A stretch of DNA of 64,000 nucleotides from Fistulifera solaris (taxonomy: Eukaryota), in contig AP026137.1 of the NCBI GenBank assembly GCA_030295235.1, positions 806,001 to 870,000 of the forward strand, in the 5' to 3' direction. Each line of letters begins with the position of its first letter. Within the stretch, counting starts at the first letter, position 1. The notes under the pieces are model-generated. The model was not told where the DNA came from, did no database searches, and saw only the letters and a program-made list of their open reading frames with translations. Positions 63,230-64,000 of this stretch are shown in pieces. A program made the translations under genes and the position numbers.

Positions 63230-63910
63230 GGACTGAAAATCTTTTTAGTCGTCGGAAAATTGTCACGCCTAAACACTTCACAAGGCTTTTCGACGTAAAA
63301 ATAGGATGGCGTTTAATGGAAACGCTTGTAAAAGACTATTCCATTGCAACTATGTCAAGTGTAGCTCAAAACTTGTTGAACGAACGAATAATTGTAGGTA
63401 GCATTATCGCTCGAAAGATTTTTTAATGAGAAAATGCATGCAGTCGTGGTTGCCTTAAACTAACACTCTAGTCCATAGTAAATCCGAAAGCTTGCATTTT
63501 GCAAGGCTCTTCGACGTAAACATATGATAGCGTGTAACGAAACGCTGCTAAAGACTATTTTCATTTCAACGACAACAAACGGAGCTCAAGAACATTATTT
63601 GCTGAACGAACGAATTGTATATAGGAAGCAAGAATATTGATTCATGACTGAAGTGCAGTCGTGGCGAAAATACGGAAAACACAGTGCTCCATTTTCTAGT
63701 AGATACGGAGTAATACGGAAGACAATGTTTTGCAAGGCTATTCGACGTAAAATATAAGGACGTGAAATGCAAACACTGCTAAAATCTATTTCGTTGCCAC
63801 AACGATGAATAGGGCTCAAATCATTTTTGCTTAACGAACGAGTTGTAGGAAGCATAGTCGCTCGAGAGTCTTTTCATGACTCGTGGATACTGACAAACTA
63901 ATACTCTGGG
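63230..63910 (+). repeat. Degenerate tandem array, ~3 units of 221-231 bp, same family as the 234-bp array (opposite orientation)
   Basis: caaggct.ttcgacgtaaa with ttcgacgt at 63289, 63510 and 63741. The following text (aaac.ct...aaa..ctatt, aacgaacga.ttgta) also recurs. Confidence 0.85.
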
Positions 63911-64000
63911 GTAGGCAACAAGTCATCTCTTTTATGCTTCGTGATTTCCGTCAGCATTGTGGTCCATCACGGAGCCTTCTACAACACGAAATTCATGAAA

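Overview
Compact eukaryotic nuclear DNA, most likely from a pennate diatom. This is inferred from short GT-AG introns, dense genes and bipartite signal+transit presequences. Bases 1-35551 are a head-to-tail tandem amplification of a 7.1-8.0 kb segment, with four identical junctions at 5790, 13825, 20893 and 28355; the array runs off the left edge. Each unit carries three things: a decayed plastid-type LPAAT (PlsC), a truncated nonsense copy of a helical membrane-protein gene whose only intact copy ends the array (34146-35693), and a minus-strand orphan gene. The orphan protein reads as a short-linear-motif scaffold: two RVxF PP1-docking modules, then 12-26 in-frame MEID repeats, then 6-9 39-aa repeats with NLS, CDK, RxL and SIM-like motifs. 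This order recalls the kinetochore scaffold KNL1 (RVSF + MELT array), and it is the most interesting element here. The right half is housekeeping genes: ABC1K kinase, PRP16, NAS2/PSMD9, tRNA-Ala, CWC15, SRP54, a BASS transporter, WDR24, P5CS and WDR75/UTP17. Two dispersed repeat families lie between genes. One is a ~230-bp unit found at three loci with very different degrees of decay. The other is a 68/33-bp palindromic unit in two consecutive divergent promoters. Many 1-bp frameshifts in homopolymers of essential genes point to long-read consensus errors, so the intactness of individual copies cannot be settled from this sequence.
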